A DNA stretch of 64,000 bases from Terriglobia bacterium (GTDB lineage Bacteria > Acidobacteriota > Terriglobia > Acidiferrales > UBA7541). Below, piece by piece: positions 59,239-64,000 of this stretch (its first letter is position 1; each line of letters starts with the position of its first letter). Position numbers and translations under genes: made by a program. The notes beneath the pieces are model-generated. The model worked only from the letters and a program-made list of their open reading frames with translations, ran no database searches and was not told the origin of the DNA. The stretch covers positions 3,584,001 to 3,648,000 of the forward strand of contig OY968796.1 of assembly GCA_963695545.1 (NCBI GenBank), written 5' to 3'.

Positions 59239-59880
59239 ATGAAGCTTACACTTACGTCAGCCTTGCTGCTCGGGGCCCTTGTGATTTTCGCATCAGCCGC
59301 CCGAGCCACTACCATTCGTCCCGGATCAAACTATGGGCCTGGGACGACTTACACTGATTGCAGTACCGGGGTGTCCAGCCCCTGTGAAGGGGCCCAAACG
59401 GACGGCACCGTTGACATCGGCGGGACCACGTACACGGTGTACCAATTCGCGTCGGGCGACGCGGCAGATGACCTGATTCAACTGGTAGACTTCACCGACG
59501 TCGGCGCTGGAGATACCGTCACGCTTCCCGTATTGAACACCGGCCTCGAAATCGGCGTCTTCAGTTGCGGTGATCATCCACTAGATACTCCCGTTACTGA
59601 GGTTGAGGATAGCGGAGGGTCCCCGCTGCCGGTTGAGCCGCCCTGCACGCTGGACGGCGATGCGACTTCCGTCACGCAGGGCACCAACGTCGAGCAATTC
59701 ACAAATGACGGTAGCGGGTCCATAGACAATCTGGTGCTTTACACGCTGAACGGGAACCTGAATACCGCGAGCGTCGCAGCGCCGGAACCCGGATCATTGG
59801 ACCTGTTGGGATTCGGGTTGATTGCGGTGGCGCTTTTTGCGAGGCGACGACGGCAATCTCAAGTTTCAGATGCATCGTAG
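59239..59880 (+). CDS. PEP-CTERM sorting domain protein
   Basis: Signal peptide ARA-T; acidic Thr/Gly-rich body with 4 Cys; C-terminal APEPGS + TM + RRRR. Confidence 0.85.
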   Translation: MKLTLTSALLLGALVIFASAARATTIRPGSNYGPGTTYTDCSTGVSSPCEGAQTDGTVDIGGTTYTVYQFASGDAADDLIQLVDFTDVGAGDTVTLPVLNTGLEIGVFSCGDHPLDTPVTEVEDSGGSPLPVEPPCTLDGDATSVTQGTNVEQFTNDGSGSIDNLVLYTLNGNLNTASVAAPEPGSLDLLGFGLIAVALFARRRRQSQVSDAS

Positions 59881-59914
59881 CCGGTCGATCGCGCATCGGA
59901 ACTCGGTTGACAGC

Positions 59915-62746
59915 TCAGCGCGATGACGATTTTTGAAGGTGCTCGGCCTTGGTGGCAACCAGAGCATAGCCTGAATTCCTGGCGTCCGTATCCAGAGCTG
60001 CTAAGAGCGCCCCTTTCGATTTTGAATCGGAAGGGGTCTCGGTTTCGGCTAGGGCAAGTCTAATCTCGAACTGTAGCCCGACTAGATTTTTCTGCTTTGC
60101 GTCCTTCAATTGCGAGTCGAGGTCCTGCCGGGCGCCTTCGACGTTTCCGCTGCGGGCCTTGAGGCGCGCGGCCGTGATTGCCAGCGACGTCTTTATGACG
60201 TAGTCCTGCACGCCGATTCTTCCCGCGCCGTCGATTTCACTTTGCGCGGCCGTCAGATTGCCCTGCGAAATTAAGGCCCGGGCCAGCGTATCGCGCGCGT
60301 CGCCCTCGCTGTCCGCGAGCTTCTCGTTTTGAAATTCCTCTATCGCTTGGCGGGCCAGTCCTCCGGCTTCACTGGGCTTCCCCTGTTCCAGAGCGAGCTT
60401 TGCGAGGGACAGTCGGCTACCGGCGATATCGGCCTGATCACCGATTCCAGTAAATAATTTCATTTCGTTCTCGTAGTTCTTTCCGGCGCCCGCGAGGTCA
60501 TCCTTGGCCATCTCGATGTCGCCGAGATTGCCGAATCCCGCGGCCGTCGTGCTCTGGAGTTGGGCCTTCTGGGAAGTACTCAAGCCTTGCTGAACATACT
60601 TCCCCGCGAGCGTCAGGTCGCCGGTCTGTAGAAATAACGCCCCGAGATTCTGTAAAGCCACGGCAATCCCACCTTGGTCGCCGATTGCTTGCGAAGTCTT
60701 AAGCGAGTCCTCGAACAATCCCTTCGCCTGCTGGTAATCGCCGTCGGTTTCACAATCCGCGGCCTCATTATTTTCCAGCGTCAGGAGCTGCTGATTGTCC
60801 CCAATCTCGCGTGCAATCCCAATGGCCTCCTGCTCGTCTTTCTGCGCCTCCGCGCTCTGTCCGTCCGTCACTTGGAGATTCGCCAAATTGATGAGCGCAC
60901 CGATGATGTCTTTGTTCGATCCGATCTGGCGAGCCGTGTCCAAGGCCTGTTGGCGCATATCCAAGGCGTTCGCCGTTTGGCCTTGAGCCAGCAGGATGCT
61001 TCCCTCCACAGTTTTCGTGCGCGCCTCAATTTCCAAAGCAAACGGCGCAGCGGTCGCCGATTTCTGGCACGCCGCCATAGCGGGCTGAAGTTGACCTAAC
61101 GTGAATAGCGCGGTGCAATCCTGCCAATAGGCCTGAGCCGCAAGGTAGCGCGATCCGATGCTGGACGCTTTCGCGGCGGCGGCAGCAGCCGAGCTTTCCT
61201 CGAGTTTGACGTTGGACATCGACTCCGCGGCAAAGGCTCGAGCGAGATTGACGCGCGGGTCGTCGCCCATCTGCGGCGTTTTTTCGAGCGTGGCCAGCGT
61301 GGCGAGCGCGTCCTGGCCCTTTCCCGCGGCCGTTTGAACCTTTGCGAGGTCCAATGCGTAGTTTGGCTCATCCTTAAAAACGCCCCACAGATCGCCGTAA
61401 ATTTCGATGGCCTTGTCCCACTCCGAATTGAGCTCGCGATAACGCGCTTCGATCGTGCGCTGATCGACCTCCGAAAGATTCGCGGAGAGCTCGACGGCCC
61501 TTTTCGCCTCATCAAGCGCTTTCGAGTCGTAGCCCAGAAGCTGCCACGATTGTGCGAGCGCGGCGTGCGGAGCAGCCCAATTCGGCTCGAGCGCAATCGC
61601 GCGCTCGAGCGGATCGCGGGCATCGAGAGCATCGAAGGTCCGGAGTTTCGCCAATCCATCCGAATAGAGCCGCGCGGCTTCGGGATCGGACGTCAGAGCG
61701 GCATTCACTTGCGCCGACTGTGTTTCGGATGGAGCTTGAATCTTGAGTTGCGCCCGAAAAGCGTCGCCACTCTGCTTCACCAAATCCGGAAGTGTCCCGA
61801 TGCTCCCGACCTCGGCGAACGAGGAGACAATTTCACCCGAGCTTGCGTTCTCGAGACGCAAATCGAGTCGAATTTGGTCCGATTTCTGATTTCCGGCGGC
61901 GACGTAAGATCCGGCGACGACGTAATCCGAATTCAAGATGCCGCGTAATTTTGCGAGCGTGTCTTTTCCGTAGCTCGGCATTCTGGCCAAGGCCACGTCG
62001 GCTGTGGCCTTGGCAACGTCTTCGCCTGAAATCACGCGCAAGCCCGATCCGGCTGCGAGTTCAGTGTTCAGCATTTCCGGCAGCGCGTTCCCGAGCCAAT
62101 CTTCATCGGCACTCCCGAGGTTCTCGAATCCAACGATGGCCACGGATGGCCGCGGCGTCACGGCAATAACGACTCCCTCGCTTTTCTGGGCCGTTGCATA
62201 GTGGCGATAAATGTGGGCCGTCCCTACAAGAACAATCACGGCGGCCAGGGCCAGCGCGATCGCCATGCGCCGTCGTGATTTCGCGGGCACGCGCGCGGAC
62301 GGCCGCGTCTCCGCGTCGGGCAGAGCTTCCGCGCGCGGCTCGGCTCGCTCCAGCAACATCTTTACGGTGTCCGCCAGGTGGTCGAGGTGCTTCTCCAGCG
62401 GCGGCGTAAGCGCGTCCAGCCAATGGACAGCGCTCATGAAATATTCGAGCGATTCGGTGGGAACCACGTCTTCGATCCGCAGCGGCACGATGATCACGCC
62501 TTTATTCACGGCGCGTTCGATTTCTCGATGGATTTGCGGCGAGCGGTTTGCGTTGGAAGAAAAAACCAGCACCATCACGCGACAATTGTTAATCGCCTGG
62601 ATGATAGACGCTCCCCACTCCACGCCGGGAACCACATCCCGGGGAGCGACCCAGCATCGCACGTGATGCTGCTCGAGCTTTGCGCAAACGGCGTCCGCCG
62701 CCGCTTTATCGTGGTGGGAGTAGCTGATGAAAACGTCGTGCGCCAT
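59915..62746 (-). CDS. TIR domain + TM helix + TolB-N-like domain + TPR array protein
   Basis: DVFISYSH, WVAPRD, HREIERA (TIR); RRRMAIALALAAVIVLV TM; PSVAIVGFENL; multiple TPR-like repeats (ALINLA, ALQNLG, GFGNLG). Confidence 0.88.
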   Translation of the reverse strand: MAHDVFISYSHHDKAAADAVCAKLEQHHVRCWVAPRDVVPGVEWGASIIQAINNCRVMVLVFSSNANRSPQIHREIERAVNKGVIIVPLRIEDVVPTESLEYFMSAVHWLDALTPPLEKHLDHLADTVKMLLERAEPRAEALPDAETRPSARVPAKSRRRMAIALALAAVIVLVGTAHIYRHYATAQKSEGVVIAVTPRPSVAIVGFENLGSADEDWLGNALPEMLNTELAAGSGLRVISGEDVAKATADVALARMPSYGKDTLAKLRGILNSDYVVAGSYVAAGNQKSDQIRLDLRLENASSGEIVSSFAEVGSIGTLPDLVKQSGDAFRAQLKIQAPSETQSAQVNAALTSDPEAARLYSDGLAKLRTFDALDARDPLERAIALEPNWAAPHAALAQSWQLLGYDSKALDEAKRAVELSANLSEVDQRTIEARYRELNSEWDKAIEIYGDLWGVFKDEPNYALDLAKVQTAAGKGQDALATLATLEKTPQMGDDPRVNLARAFAAESMSNVKLEESSAAAAAAKASSIGSRYLAAQAYWQDCTALFTLGQLQPAMAACQKSATAAPFALEIEARTKTVEGSILLAQGQTANALDMRQQALDTARQIGSNKDIIGALINLANLQVTDGQSAEAQKDEQEAIGIAREIGDNQQLLTLENNEAADCETDGDYQQAKGLFEDSLKTSQAIGDQGGIAVALQNLGALFLQTGDLTLAGKYVQQGLSTSQKAQLQSTTAAGFGNLGDIEMAKDDLAGAGKNYENEMKLFTGIGDQADIAGSRLSLAKLALEQGKPSEAGGLARQAIEEFQNEKLADSEGDARDTLARALISQGNLTAAQSEIDGAGRIGVQDYVIKTSLAITAARLKARSGNVEGARQDLDSQLKDAKQKNLVGLQFEIRLALAETETPSDSKSKGALLAALDTDARNSGYALVATKAEHLQKSSSR

Positions 62747-62983
62747 TACCGCCGGGCTCCTGTTCCGGAAAGCGCGGAAGCTGTGGGATTCTATCATCGG
62801 CAGCCGCAGAACCGGCTTCGGCGATGGGACGACGCGGTCCATCGGCTACCGAAGAACATAAGGACATCCGTAGAATCCAGACTTGCGGCCGAGCCAACAT
62901 TCAGCCGTTAGGCATCAAATAGCTGCGGTATGAAAGCGGACGCCGCGGATAGCACGGCACGGGGACAAAACTCAATGGGTCTT

Positions 62984-63352
62984 ATGAATTTCGCGTTGTG
63001 GATTGCCCAAGGGCTGTTGTGCGCGGCGTTTCTGATGGCGGGCTTCATGAAAGTATTTGCATTCGAGAAATATAAGGCCGACGCCGAGAATCGATCGCCG
63101 AATCGCGGATTGGGACTCTCGAAAGGCCTGGTGACATTCATCGGTATCTGCGAGCTTGCCGGAGCCGCAGGAGTGATCGTGCCGCGCGCAGTCTGGATTC
63201 TTCCGTGGCTGACGCCGCTTGCGGCATTCGGTCTTGCGATTATCATGGTGCTGGCCGCCATCTATCATCTGAGGCGGCAAGAGCAGGTGTTTGTGCAGTT
63301 TATTCTTTTCGTTTTGGCCGGATTCGTCGCCGTCGGTCGTATCCTCCACTAG
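62984..63352 (+). CDS. DoxX family membrane protein
   Basis: LWIAQGLL..F..AG.MK, FIGICELAGAAG, LTPLAA.GL...M..A..H. Confidence 0.88.
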   Translation: MNFALWIAQGLLCAAFLMAGFMKVFAFEKYKADAENRSPNRGLGLSKGLVTFIGICELAGAAGVIVPRAVWILPWLTPLAAFGLAIIMVLAAIYHLRRQEQVFVQFILFVLAGFVAVGRILH

Positions 63353-63467
63353 TCCGACGCGAAAATTGCGAAGTGCGGCGGAGTGCGGCCAAGACAACCT
63401 TCCTCGCGCGGCCGCTCTCTAAGTCTGTGATATTGTCCGCTGCGAGGCTTCCCAGGAACGAGTCGCC

Positions 63468-64000
63468 ATGCTCACGGCAAAACCTCTGCTCCGAAACACG
63501 CTTCTTGGCGTCATCTCGATCGTGTGCGCATTTATTTTGACAGCCGCGCCGCCGGCGGCGCTGGCGCAATCCGACGCCGGACCTGTATCGCCGGAGCAGC
63601 AGCCGGCCTCGGCGCCAAACTACCCGTCGCAGCAACCCGCCGCTCAGCCCGCGCCGCAAATCACGGGTCCGTCGCAGCCCGATGCAACACCGTCGGTTCC
63701 CGGCCCCGGCGCGATTCGCGTCGACGTCAATCTCACTCTTGTGGACGCCACGCCCAGGAAAATGGACGGCGAAGTTATCTCCGGCCTCAAAATGACCGAT
63801 TTCGTTTTGCAGGAAGACGGTCAGATGCAGCAGATCGTTCATCTTGACCAGGATCAATTGCCGCTGGCCATGGCGCTGGTTGTCGATCTCAGCGGATCCA
63901 TCCAGCCCTATCTCGAATCGCTCAAGGACACGACGGACGTCGCGCTTCAGGCGCTCAAGCCCGAGGACCAAGTGGCGCTGTTCACATTTTCGTCCGAAGT
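63468..64000 (+). CDS. VWA (VWFA-related acidobacterial) domain protein, runs off window end
   Basis: Manual translation from ATG 63468: signal peptide, Pro/Gln linker, IRVDVNL, DFVLQEDG, LVVDLSGS (MIDAS), DQVALFTFS. Confidence 0.88.
   Translation, partial: MLTAKPLLRNTLLGVISIVCAFILTAAPPAALAQSDAGPVSPEQQPASAPNYPSQQPAAQPAPQITGPSQPDATPSVPGPGAIRVDVNLTLVDATPRKMDGEVISGLKMTDFVLQEDGQMQQIVHLDQDQLPLAMALVVDLSGSIQPYLESLKDTTDVALQALKPEDQVALFTFSSE

Noticed and set aside
56643..63000. Integrative element or prophage at tRNA-Phe
   Set aside because: No integrase, phage genes or duplicated tRNA 3' end seen in the window.

Overview
GC-rich bacterial chromosome segment, most consistent with Acidobacteriota (inferred from a VWFA-related acidobacterial protein, PEP-CTERM proteins and the gene set). 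It is mostly housekeeping: cdsA/uppS, a split MgtE-cytoplasmic-domain + NRAMP-like transporter pair, mutS-anmK, tsaC, rarA, polX, a deoxyhypusine-synthase-like gene, trpS-scpAB-rluB, typA, ino1-nadACB-glnE, icd-mdh, sdhCAB, pdaD, rnj, ftsK, tRNA-Phe and msrAB. Small accessory patches lie at about 27.0-28.5 kb, 38.0-39.1 kb and 55.5-63 kb. Main observations: (1) three diverged copies of an unannotated 350-460 bp element, each with a TATTCGAATA palindrome, a sigma70-like promoter, a start codon exactly 5 nt after the -10 box, an open frame through a shared HSFPGSP block, repeated internal modules and a CCGGGGGT end, each co-oriented upstream of a host gene (typA, icd, msrB); (2) a candidate Pro-containing leader peptide with terminator/antiterminator in front of the putative Mg2+ transporter operon; (3) a hicA toxin with its catalytic core deleted in frame; (4) a transmembrane TIR-TPR receptor-like protein. 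Single-base frameshifts in mutS (5), anmK, polX and the DHS-like gene are probably sequencing/consensus errors. All calls were made by eye; no searches were run.
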